In this document: piece after piece, positions 1 through 11,330 of the stretch
Numbering within the stretch: the stretch's first letter is position 1
How the letters are laid out: every line of letters begins with the position of its first letter
Assembly (NCBI RefSeq): GCF_006345805.1
Contig: NC_043020.1
Span: 28,892,001 to 28,956,000 of the forward strand
From: Octopus sinensis
Taxonomy: Eukaryota
Length of the DNA: 64,000 nucleotides
Direction of reading: 5' to 3'
Translations under genes and position numbers: made by a program
Notes under the pieces: model-generated
What the model was told of the DNA's origin: nothing
Database searches by the model: none
Seen by the model: the letters and a program-made list of their open reading frames with translations, nothing else

Positions 1-91
1 GCTATAGTTGGTCATCTGTTAGGTTCCAAGTTCAGAGCTGAGAATGGATCTAGGGATCCATATTAGGGTTCCTTTATAGCAGGTAGGTGTT

Positions 92-545
92 ATATTAGAG
101 GAAAAAGCAAAACCAAGACAGAATTGAAGGAGAATTTGAAGTCTTGCAGCCGTTTCTGGGATAACCCAAGTGATAGGTTAGCATGTCCACACACTTGGTA
201 TTCCATCATCAGAGACAAGATATGAACATTTTAGACATGGAAAATTTACAGTTTACAAGGAATTAAATAGAAGAATAAAGAGTAAAGACAGAACACTCTT
301 TATTCTCCTATTTTATTCCTTATAAACTGTGAATATGTTTTATTTGTTGCAAACTGTAAGTTTTTTCCATGTCTAGAATATTTATACCTTATCTCTGATG
401 ATGGAATACCAAGTGTGTGGACATGCTAACCAACCACTTAGGTTATCCGAGAAACGGCTGTAAGACTTCAAATTGACCATAATTAAATTATGCTAAATGA
501 CTTGAGATACTCGTTCTTCCTTGGTTTTGCTTTTCCTTCTAATAT
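92..545. mobile_element. Foldback (inverted-repeat) element, probably Penelope-like pseudo-LTR derived
   Basis: 133-282 is the reverse complement of 296-474 with scattered mismatches and one internal duplication; 92-123 matches 514-545; 13-nt centre. Confidence 0.75.
391..466 (+). ncRNA. Minimal type I hammerhead ribozyme motif (Penelope-type); mirror copy on the minus strand at 141-216
   Basis: CTGATGA 395-401, long helix II, GAAAC 451-455, GGCT loop, GTA triplet 460-462, helix I tct/aga. Confidence 0.6.
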
Positions 546-992
546 ATATATATATTACAGAGATGTACTTGCATAGCAAGTGACCTGATCTGAGATTGTG
601 TGCTGGAACGAAAACAATTGCAGCGTGGAAGGTGTTTGTATGCCATTTAAAAAAACACACAAAAACCGTTAGATTCACTTCAACTTTTAAATTTTGACAA
701 ATTAAATTTAAATGTTGAAGTGAATCTAACGGTTTTTGTGTGTTTCTTAAATGGCTTATAAACACCTTCCATGCTGCAATTGTTATATATATATATATAT
801 ATATTGGCCATCACCATGATCAACTGCTAGCCACTAAAGCTTTTTTTATTCTCTCTCTGTTTATTTTCTCGTGTTCCTTTCTGTTGAAGAGCGTAGGCTC
901 GAAACATAAAAGACTATTTCACCTTCCTGAGCGTCAAACTAATACATCTGCTTGTTGTTTACACATCTGTCTTCGTCTTTTTTGTAAATTCC

Positions 993-1186
993 CATGCCTG
1001 TGCCGGTGGCACGTAAAAAGCACCCACTACACTCATGGAGTGGTTGGCGTTAGGAAGGGCATCCAGCTGTAGAAACTCTGCCAGATCAGATTGGAGTCTG
1101 GTGCAGCCTTCTGGCTTCCCAGATCCCCGGTCGAATCGTCCAACCCATGCTAGCATGGAGAACGGACGTTAAACGATGATGATGAT
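993..1186 (+). mobile_element. SINE family A (GTGGCACGTAAAAAGCACC...GTTGGCGTTAGGAAGGGCATCC...(GAT)n). Other copies about 7496-7860+, 20646-20940-, 26895-27290-, 28202-28518+, 29790-30181+, 32840-33230-, 34897-35190-, 37027-37168-, 40975-41162+, 45010-45516+, 47065-47266-, 48360-48600-, 49751-50364-, 53170-53500-, 59990-60190+
   Basis: More than 15 near-identical copies in both orientations, with a (GAT)n tail and variable 5' monomer arrays. Confidence 0.9.
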
Positions 1187-1191
1187 ATATG

Positions 1192-1235
<44 letters not shown>

Positions 1236-1239
<4 letters not shown>

Positions 1240-1453
1240 GGGGGAGGTTGCAAAGTTCCTGGCTTTGGATAAAAGAAAATAGAGGAGGATCAGTTAATTA
1301 TGATTTTATTCAACATATTCCCTTCCCAGATTCACACACTTATTGCAGTGGTCCTTCAGTTTTTCTAAGCCCTGTAAAAGAACTTAGAAGATTGGGCCTC
1401 CAATCAGTCTTTCATGACATCCTTAAAGCCAGGAACTTTTCAGCACACCCTCG
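1236..1453 (-). mobile_element. Mariner-derived MITE inserted in (TA)n
   Basis: TIRs GAGGG...AAAGTTCCTGGCTTT / AAAGCCAGGAACTTT...CCCTCG. The minus strand retains a transposase end resembling WLEAQSSKFFY...KLKDHCNKCVNLGREYVE*. Confidence 0.75.
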
Positions 1454-2194
1454 GATATATAGATATGGCTTCAGCACAATTTCCATCAACCAGTTTCACT
1501 CACCGGGTATTCATCCACCCAAGGCTTATAATACAAGCAAACTTCTTAATCGCATGGTTATGCTTGTACCTGTTGTGTAAATCTGTACATAAGCCAAACA
1601 TATTTAAGGCTAAATATGAATTTAAGTGAGACTGTGTCAGTCTGTATATGTGTGTATACAGTATATATATATATGTGAGAGTGTGTGCATACTGTATATA
1701 TGTGTGCACAGATTTCACTGTGTGACATCTTGGGAAAGTGTCCTTTATCATAACCTCTGACTGAGCCAAGCTTTGTGGGTGAAGTTGGGTTGAAAGAAAA
1801 AGTGTGGGAGCCTGTCGGGTGAATTGAACCTGTGATTCAAAGACCCACTTTTGTCACAAACTGATCCTGCTTGGGAATTGTGTCAAGCAGACACAAATAT
1901 CTTTTATCTTTAATCTTTAATGTTTTTATTTGTTTCAGTCATTGAACTGTGGCCATGCTGGGGCACTGCCTTGAAGGGTTTAATCAAACAAATTGGCCCC
2001 AGTACCTATCATCTTGTTATTTTTTTAAAGTCTGGCATTTATTCTATTGGTCACTTTTGCCAAACCACTAAGTTACAGGGACACAAACAAACCAGCACTG
2101 ATTGTCAAGCGATAGGGTGGGGGATGGAGAAGAAGCAACACAACACACATACTACATACACATATATGATAGCCTTCCACACAGTTTCCATCCA

Positions 2195-2565
2195 TCTCTG
2201 CCCACTAGATGCAGGAGGGTCATGAGAGGGTCGTGAGGGTCAGCGCCCTTAGGGACCTCCTCCATAGGGCCCAAACTCAAGCAACTGTTATTCAGTTTTC
2301 CAGATGGGTTCCCAAGTGTGACCAATTGGGACTACGGATAATTAACAGACCATTTGGCTCTTGGTCTACTCCCCGGTCTCCAGTCGATTGGCTCAGCTTG
2401 AAGAAATCATCCAGGGATCCTTCCATGCAGTATTCCAATGGCATGTCTGGAATACTGGAGCTGTGATCGGTCACTGCGGAGGAGAGACTCACTGGGCCCT
2501 GAGCTATGCACCCTGTTGAGTAGCATTATTCCTTACAGTTTCCATCAACCAGTTTCACTAAACCG
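2195..2565 (-). mobile_element. Decayed RTE-clade LINE 3' fragment; relatives at ~8270-8450, 36725-37255 and 43650-44030
   Basis: Degenerate RSQL...LQAEP..RP..RPR.KW motif; the 43804-44004 ORF reads [19 protein letters not shown]. Confidence 0.65.
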
Positions 2566-3272
2566 GCCAGGCTCCCCATCAATTACAATGACAAGGGTTC
2601 CGGTTGATCTGATCAGTGGAACAGCCTGATTGTGAACTTAATGTGCAAGTGGCTGAGTACTCCACAGACATGGCTACAACCATCACCATCGCCACCATCA
2701 CCACTGCTGCTACTACTAGCACCTACTCTGCAACCATCACCACAACTACCTATTTCTTTACTACCCACAAGGGGAACAAACAAGGACAGACAAACGGATT
2801 AAGTCAATTACAATTGACCCCAGTATGTAACTAGTACTTATTTAATCGACCTCGAAAGGATGAAAGGCAAAGTTGACCTTGGCGGAATTTGAACTCAGAA
2901 CGTAGCGGCAGGCGAAATACCGCGAAGCATTTCGCCCGGCGTGCTAACGGTTCTGCCAGCTCGCCATCACCACAACTACCTTTATCACCTCTACTGCCAT
3001 CACCACCACCACCACCACCACCACCACCACCACCACCACCACAACTACTGAATGTGACAAGGCCAACCCTTTGTAATTACAGGTACAGCTCATTTTTGTC
3101 AGCTGAGTTGACTGGCGCAACATGAAATAAAGTGAGTTGCTCAAGGACGCAACACGGTGCCAGGAATCGAACTCACAGCATTATGATTGCAAGACAAACA
3201 CCCTAACCACTGTGCCATGCACCTTCACCAACTGACTCACAATGCATTGGTCAGTCTGGAGGCTATTGTAGA

Positions 3273-3500
3273 AGGCGGCGAGCTGGCAGAATCGTTAGCA
3301 CACCGGGCAAAATGCTTAGCGGTATTTCGTCTGCCGTTACATTCTGAGTTCAAATTCTGCCGAGGTCGACTTTACCTTTCATCCTTACGGGGTCGATTAA
3401 ATAAGTACCAGTTACGCACTGGGGTCGATGTAAACGACTTAATCCGTTTGTCTGTCCTTGTTTGTCCCCTCTGTGTTTTGTCCCTTGTGGGCAATGAAAG
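3273..3500 (+). mobile_element. SINE family B (tRNA-like head, core GAGGTCGACTTTGCCTTTCATCCTTTCGGGGTCGATAAATTAAGTACCAG). Other copies about 2750-2965-, 12960-13185+, 24330-25160+ (cluster), 43250-43480-, 51940-52100-, 55835-56400, 58315-58535+
   Basis: B-box GAGTTCAAATTC and many copies. The core resembles, from memory, the conserved Meta-type SINE domain; not verified. Confidence 0.88.
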
Positions 3501-3659
3501 AAATATATTGTAGAAGACACTTGTCTGAGGTGGCACAGAGTGGGATTGAACCCCAAACCACAGGACTGCAAAGTGAGCATCCAGCAACTTTAACAAAATA
3601 GAACATTCGGCTGTTTGAAGTACTGAAGGTAAATTGGTGAAACCAAAAGTGGATTCATC

Positions 3660-3953
3660 ATCAAGTGTGACCACAGTATGGCTTCACTATCATATTGATG
3701 GTGGGGGAGGTGGTGGAGGCGGTGGGAGGTGGTGGTGGTGGTGGTGGAGGCGGTGGTGGTAGTGGTGATGGCAGCTGTGTGTTGGTGGCAGTGATGGTGG
3801 TTTGTGTGTTTTGATGATGGTGGAGGAGGTGGTGGTAACAGGGTGTTGGTAGTGGGTGTGTGTTGTAGTAGTGATGGTTGAGGAAGTAGTAGCAATAAGG
3901 GTTGTGGTGGCAGTAGTAATTGTAGTAGTGGAGTAGAGGGTATATTGGTGGTG

Positions 3954-3985
<32 letters not shown>

Positions 3986-4150
3986 TCGGGTAGTTGTGAT
4001 GGTGGTAGTGGAAACATGACAATAGCAATTGCAGTGAGATGGTCATGGCGATGGTCGTGGTGGTTGTGGTGGTGGTGGTGAGTGGTTGATAGTAGTAGCA
4101 GTGGTTGTGATGGTGGTGTTGGTAGCGGTGGCGGTGTGGGTGGTGGTACT
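3660..4150. repeat. (GGT/AGT/GAT)n low-complexity tract. Microsatellites are abundant elsewhere, e.g. 4270-4870, 11900-12440, 16090-16240, 17860-18010, 34190-34570, 55310-55515
   Basis: Directly visible simple repeats. Confidence 0.95.
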
Positions 4151-4313
4151 CAAACAGACGTAAGCCATGCTATGCCCTTCAATAAGTCTGAGAGGTTATT
4201 TTACATCAGCTGACAGTCTGAGAGTTTGCAAATGTGCGCTTTGGAGGGGAGGGGCGAGGAAACCTTATATAACTATGTGCACACACACACACACACACAC
4301 ACATGCATATACA

Positions 4314-4369
<56 letters not shown>

Positions 4370-4767
4370 ATATATTCAACAACATATATATATATATTCA
4401 ACATACAAAAAGGGTGAAATATAATTAGTTTAATAAAATTAATAAATTTCACCTAGTAGATTAATTAAGCCTTTATTATAATTAATATTATAATTTAAAA
4501 AATATATATATATATATCCATCCAAAGCAAACTCTCACACGGATATACGTATATCACTAACTCTCTTTCTCTCCCTCGCACGCACGCACACACACATATA
4601 TCAACGCACACATGCATATACAAGTATGCACGAACTCGCATATATATATGGCCACGTGCATATATAAATATATACACCCACGCACACACCAATACACAGA
4701 TTATGTCCGTGCACATATGAGTGTATGTTTATATTTGTGTGTATGTATTTGTATGCGTGCATGTGTG

Positions 4768-4845
<78 letters not shown>

Positions 4846-5312
4846 CATATATACACGTATATACATGTGTATAGTTACATTATGAGCGTACTGTGAGGCA
4901 GGCAAATTGCTCAAGTAGTCACCCATGGCAACATCATTTCACAAGTTGCCCATAAACCACTGATGTTATTTAAAGACTTCGCCTATTCATTTATTTATTT
5001 ATTTATTCGTTTTTATTTACTTATTTATTTATTCATTTGGTTTTTTTATAGAAGAAGAGAAAAAAATGTGTTTATGAGGTTTGGCTAAAAACCGTTAGAC
5101 TCGCCCGACAACTAAAATAACGATTAAATAAACGCTTGACCTTGCTTTGGCCACGAGACACGGATGGGTTCCAACATGCAGCAATGATAGACGAAAGTGC
5201 CCTTAGAATTAATTACGAAATTAAACACGTCTAATGAGGATTTTTGGTGCGCATCCATCTCCTGCTTAACGAGGCACTGTTTGCTATTGGAAGCATTAAA
5301 AACTAAAGTGCA

Positions 5313-5348
<36 letters not shown>

Positions 5349-5468
5349 TTGATATATGATGTATAAAAACATGTAATATACAAATAAATATCTGTAAATA
5401 TAAAACCATCTGAATTTCTGAGTACCTCATTTCTCTAATATAAAATACTTGTACATCATCTCCAAACC

Positions 5469-5523
<55 letters not shown>

Positions 5524-5584
5524 GTTTAAATATTGGCTAAACTGGCAAAATGACCATTCCTAAATACAACAATATATATATAAT

Positions 5585-5637
<53 letters not shown>

Positions 5638-6584
5638 TTATAATTTGAACCCCTATCACGAAAACATGTAAAATTACAATATTTATTATAATAGAAAGGC
5701 AGTGTTAACACAAGAAAGGAATAGAATTGATTGGATTGACACCAATATATTACTGGTGTTTACGTTATAGAAAGTCACTGAGAACGAGGGGGGATTCGAT
5801 CTCGGTGAAGTAGTGAACCAGTTGCCCTTAGATTATTATTATATAACAGGACAAATTGTGTCAGCTGAGGGGAGGAGACTGCAAAAATATAAATATATGA
5901 AATAATAACAATTATGCGTGGGCGGAGTTAAATTGAACGACTGTTCCTCTGTGTGTGTGTGTGTGTGTATACTACACACATACATAATTACTTCAAATTT
6001 TGGCACAAGGGGCACTAATTTTAGGGGAGGGAAAAATCAATTACAGTGACCCCCCCCCCAGTGCTCAACTGGTACTTGTTTGATCGACCCGCAAAGGATG
6101 AAAGATAAAGTCAGCCTCGGCGATATTTGAACTCAGAACGTGGAGAGCCAGAACACTACACACACAAACACACACACACACAGACAAACACAGACACACA
6201 CTCTCTCTCTCGCGCACCCACACATACGAACAAGCGTGTGCACACACACACAAGTTTGTGTATCTATACACGCACGCTCGCGCTCACAGTATGTAGTACA
6301 GATTAACATAAATGTGTATATTTGTTGTGTGGTTTTGAGATGTTCATGCATTTCCCTGAATGTAATGAACACCTGAAATCGATTCCAGCCTCACATCGAT
6401 TCGAAATACCAGATCAATTGCTATGTAATATAACAACCAGCGATCATAAATTGTTAACTAATTTACTGTGATTATCGCACCCAGAATGTAAGGGAAGGAG
6501 AAATAACTTGGCCATATATGTAGGCACAACGTAAGAGTGTGTATGTGTGTGTGTGTGTGTGTGAGAGAGAGAAAAAGAGAGAGA

Positions 6585-6830
6585 GAGAGAGAGAGAGCAG
6601 AGTTTGTGTGTGTGTGAGAGAGAGAGAGAAAGAGAGGAGTTTGTGTGTGTGAGAGAGAGAGAGAAAGAGAGGAGTTTGTGTGTGTGAGAGAGAGAGAGAA
6701 AGAGAGGAGTTTGTGTGTGTGAGAGAGAGAGAGAAAGAGAGGAGTTTGTGTGTGTGAGAGAGAGAGAGAAAGAGAGGAGTTTGTGTGTGTGAGAGAGAGA
6801 GAGAAAGAGAGGAGTTTGTGTGTATGATGC
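6585..6830. repeat. 35-bp compound (GT)n(GA)n minisatellite, about 7 units
   Basis: GAGTTTGTGTG anchors at 6637, 6672, 6707, 6742, 6777, 6812. Confidence 0.9.
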
Positions 6831-9166
6831 TAGATCGATTGCAAGACAGGCTAATGGAATTTAAACATAAACACATTGATGGAGTGGCATACAGCAGCAG
6901 CAGCAGTAGTAGTAGTAGTAGTAGCAACAGCAGTTGTAGCGGCAGTATGCAAATATCAAATGATGATGATGGTAATGATGGTGGTGGTGATTTTCTTTTT
7001 TCTAGTCAGATTTAGAAGAGGCTGAGTCGTTTATGCCTTTCCAGTGAGATTACAAACCTAAGAACGGTACAGGCCATGTGTACGGCAGATATGCGAGTGA
7101 TCAATGAAGGCAAGAATCTCAAACTTTTCATTTCCCCTCCACTAAAATATCAGATTGGTGCCAAGTGAAATAGGAGCCAATTATTTACAAGAGTGCAATG
7201 GTTTGGCAAAAAGCATTAGAACATAGAATAAAATTACTTGTGTTATGGTTCTTTGCATTCTGAGTTCAAACATATACACACCCATGTGGGCAAATACACA
7301 CACACACACATGTACGAGTTTCTTTCAGTTCCTGTCTACAAAATCCAGTCAAATGCACAGCTGTGTGGTTGAGAAACTGACTTCCTAACCATGCGCTCTT
7401 GGATTCAGTTCCAGTGTGTGGCACCTTGGGCAAGTGGCTTCTGCTATAACCCTGGGCAGACAATGCCTTATGAGTGGATTTGGGAGATGGAACCTGCACC
7501 ATCCGATTGTGGCCGTTGCCAGCCTCGTCTGGCCCCCGTGCCGGAGGCATGTAATGAGCACCATCCGATTGTGGCCGTTGCCAGCCTCGTCTGGTCCCCG
7601 TGCCGGTGGCATGTAATGAGCACCATCCAATCGTGGCCGTTTGCCAGCCTCCCCATGGCACCTGTGCAGGTGGCACGTAAAAAGCACCCACTACACTCAC
7701 GGAGTGGTTGGCGTTAGGAAGGGCATCCAGCCGTAGAAACACTGCCAGATCAGACTGGGCCTGATGCAGCCTTCTGGCTTCACAGACCCCAGTTGAACCG
7801 TCCAACCCATGCTAGCATGGAAAGCGGATATTAAACGATAATGATGATGATGATGTTGATATAGATATCAAGTCATTAAGAATGGAATTTCCGATTTTCT
7901 TGAGCACCAGACAGCTCGAAACATCAATGAGATGTTTGGTGAAGATGTGGCAAATGAGCACACTGTACGTTGATGGTTTGAGAAGTTCTGGTCTGGTGAC
8001 TTTACTCTTGAAAATCAGCCCCGTGGTAGACCTGAGTCTGAATTCAGAATGTAAAGTTGGACGAAATGTTGCTAAGCATTTTGTCTGGCATGCTAACAAT
8101 TCAGCCAGCTGACCACCTTCGCCACAGTATTTATATGAACAGACTCACAGTATCTTTAAGCTCACTGACCACCAAGTCCTATACTGGGATGGACACCATC
8201 AATGATAAGTGCAGAGAAAAAAAAGCAGCTATCGTGTTAGGACCAAGTCAATTTTGCCAGCCTCTGCTATGGCTACCAATCAGGGTCTCTGAAGGGAGAA
8301 GAATAGGGTAAAGAGCAAGGGGAATGCTATTGCTCAGGCGATAATGCAACACCTTAGTCTTAGTGTGTTGGAGAGGACAGTTTCGTCCTTGGTCAGACGG
8401 AGACTGAGGAGATTGATCTGGGAGTTGCACCTTGTTACTTGGCCAACAACTTTTCTACTTTAGGACTGTGGTGTGATCAGGGCTGAACTGGGGCTACACA
8501 ACAACAATAACAACAACAACAACAAACTAGTCTCACCAACAATACACTAACATCACATCATCATCATCACCATCAGCATCACAATATCACCAAGATGAGG
8601 CCACCATTACCACTGCCACCACAATTCAATCATCATACCGCCTCCGCCGCTGCCACCACCACCACCACCAAAAGATCAATATCATTACCACCAAACACCC
8701 CCAGAAGGCACGTGGCTTAGTGGTTAGGGTATCTGACTCATGATCGTAGGGTCACGAGTTCGATTCCTGGTAGTGCGCTGTGTCCTTGAGCAAGACTCTT
8801 TATTTCATGTTGCTGCAGCCCACTCAGCTGGCAAGAATGAGCTGCACTTGTATTTGACACATTTGATGTGTCACACTGACTCCCCCCAAGAACTATGTCA
8901 AGGGTACATATGTCTGTGGAGTGCTCAGCCACTTGCAGATTAATTTCACAAGCAGGCTGTTCCATTGATCGGTTCAACTGGAACCCTTGTTACTGTAAGT
9001 GACAGAGTGCCAGTTAAACACCCTGTCACCACCAAAATTGCTGCCCTCACCATCCACATATCCCTATTACAACCAAAACGTTGTCGTTCTTATCCACACA
9101 TCACCATCACCAACCATTAGGACATCACTAACACATCACCATTACCACCATCACCACCAGTGTTAA

Positions 9167-9752
9167 CCCTTTAGCATTCAAACCGGCCATATCCGACCCA
9201 AACTGGCCAGATCCAACCTTTCATACCTATCCCACAATGTGATTCTGAAAAATAAGCAATCACATTATTGAAATCTTGAAGCTATGAGACAATGCATGGT
9301 TGATTCAAAACAATGTAGGAGTGGCTGTGTGGTAAGTAGCTTGCTAACCAACCACATGGTTCTGGGTTCAGTCCCACTGCGTGGCATCTTGGGCAAGTGC
9401 CTTCTGCTATAGCCTCGGGCCAACCAATGCCTTGTGAGTGGATTTGGTAGACGGAAACTGAAAGAAGCCTGTCGTATATATGTATATATATATATATGTG
9501 TATGTGTTTGTGTGTCTGAGTTTGTCCCCCTAGCATTGCTTGACAACCGATGTTGATGTGTTTACGTCCCCATCACTTAGCGGTTCGGCAAAAGAGACCG
9601 ATAGAATAAGTACTGGGCTTACAAAGAATAAGTCCCGGGGTCGATTTGCTCGACTAAAGGCGGTGCTCCAGAATGGCCGCAGTCAAATGACTGAAACAAG
9701 TAAAAGAGTAAATAAGTATGACATTTGACAAAATAATCTGAATGCTAAAGGG
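9167..9752. mobile_element. piggyBac-type MITE interrupted by SINE D; relatives at about 39090-39677 and 59369-59976
   Basis: TTAA|CCCTTTAGCATTCA ... TGAATGCTAAAGGG|TAAA terminal inverted repeats. Confidence 0.75.
9317..9710 (+). mobile_element. SINE family D (GGAGTGGCTGTGTGGTAAG...GGTTCAGTCCCAC...CTTGGGCAAGT, internal (TA/TG)n). Other copies about 1930-2190-, 15640-16035-, 21007-21400+, 22688-23065+, 39790-40220-, 59512-59900-
   Basis: Repeated tRNA-like head and conserved tail ending GGCCGCAGTCAAATGACTGAAACAAGTAAAAGA. Confidence 0.88.
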
Positions 9753-9966
9753 TAAAAACAAACGCTTGCCCTGCTAAAAACTGTAGACAAATCAGACGAA
9801 TCTTCTTCAAATTGCACCCTGCTGCTTTTACACAAGGAGAAAAAAAAATGAGATAATGTAGTCCCACATATACCCAAGTCAGCTCAGCGATTTGATAACC
9901 AGAAATTTGGTAATAATGTAAGTTACTGCAACTTGTGTATGGTTAGGCCCTTAGTAAGTAAACTGT

Positions 9967-10348
9967 GGAGGCGCAATGGCCCAGTGGTTAGGGCAGCGGA
10001 CTCGCAGTCGTAGGATCGCGGTTTCGATTCCCAGACCGGGCGTTGTGAGTGTTTATTGAGTGAAAACACCTAAAGCTCCACGAGGCTCCGGCAGGGGATG
10101 GTGGTGATCCCTGCTGTACTCTTTCACCACAACTTTCTCTCACTCTTACTTCCTGTTTCTGTTGTACCTGTATTTCAAGGGGCCGGCCTTGTCACTCTCT
10201 GTGTCACGCTGAATATCCCCGAGAACTACGTTAAGGGTACACGTGTCTGTGGCGTGCTCAGCCACTTACACGTTAATTTCACGAGCAGGCTGTTCCGTTG
10301 ATCGGATCAACCGGAACCCTCGTCGTCGGAATCGACAGAGTGCTTCCA
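9967..10348 (+). mobile_element. SINE family C, near full length, tRNA-derived head. Other copies about 8705-9010+, 32030-32280-, 49380-49710-, 52550-52870-, 58830-59160-
   Basis: A-box TGGCCCAGTGG 9977-9987, B-box-like GTTTCGATTCC about 10021, shared body GCTCAGCCACTT.CACGTTAATTTCACGAGCAGGCTGTTCCGTTGATCGGATCAAC. Confidence 0.88.
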
Positions 10349-10599
10349 AAGTAAATAAACTGGAAACTGCCACAAAACTTGCTTTGGTAAGAAAGGTAAT
10401 GGTTTTGGTACATTGTGAGATAAGAACATGAAACTCATCATAAAAGACAGGAGAGTCAATGACCAGCCTATACTGATTGGATGCACCACAGCCTCACCTG
10501 AAATAGGTAAAAAAGCATCAGACTGTGGACATCTACTGACCAGATGCATCAATGGCTGCAGAGTTAGTATGGTTTGGCTTTAAAATAAATGGACACATA

Positions 10600-11330
10600 G
10601 AAATCAGAAACCACAACGATACAACAAAACCCCAACACAGAAACAGGAAATAAAAACAATATGGTACAATCTGCTATAAAAAATGTAAGTGAAAACTGCT
10701 ATTGAAAAAACTTTCAACTTATATGTAAACATTTTCCTCTAGTCACAAATACCCCAAACTACTAAATAAAAACAACATAAAAATCTACGCAGAACTTCTC
10801 AAAAATAATAAGAAAATTCCAACCATGTAAAACTGATAACAAAAACCAGATAACAAAAATCAGATAACAATAATTCATATAATTTCAGCTGCAGAAATAG
10901 AAATAGATGCACTCTCACATGCGTTAGTAATGAAATAGTTGATAGTTTGTTGCACTACTGTTCATACCAGTCCTTCATTTGCATCATCCACCTTCCTCTA
11001 CCTTTCATTCCACTCTACGTTTTCGTCAGCCTCTGTCTCTCTCATACCCATACTCTAAAACTTCTTTCTCATATATTAGGTCCACTACAAACACCTTTAA
11101 AAACAGTTTTAACCAACACACACATTCATTTAATAACTAAATAGGGAAACTATTACCTTCCTATTTGAATTTGAATAGAAATTAAATGCTTCTAACAACC
11201 TACATGCCAAACCAAACCAACAAAACAAAAACATAATTGCCGACTTTGTTCAACTGAGATATATGAAATCGTATTCTCTAAACTGAAGCTACTTAAATGC
11301 TCCGAAATAATCTCTTCTTGCAGACACTGA
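10600..11330 (+). mobile_element. Decayed Penelope-like element, 3' (thumb/GIY-YIG) region, Naiad-like
   Basis: Frameshifted IWYN...KHFP.SHKY.KLLNKNNIK, and terminal CRLCSTEIYEIVFSKLKLLKCSEIISSCRH (11238-11327). Confidence 0.7.

Noticed and set aside
3590-4046. Pro/His/Thr-rich ORFs
   Set aside because: Triplet low-complexity DNA open in several frames, with no splice or domain support.
6995-7075. Plus-strand exon (SDLEEAESFMPFQ*) and nearby minus-strand pseudo-acceptors
   Set aside because: Immediate stops, no homology, and no phase-compatible continuation of the 18307 exon.
9967-10040. tRNA gene
   Set aside because: The A/B boxes run directly into the multi-copy SINE C body, with no closing acceptor stem or T-run terminator.
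11328-11330. TGA after CRH as a selenocysteine codon (some Naiad elements are selenoproteins)
   Set aside because: Not at a Cys position, the copy is full of stops and frameshifts, CGA-to-TGA decay is simpler, and I see no SECIS.
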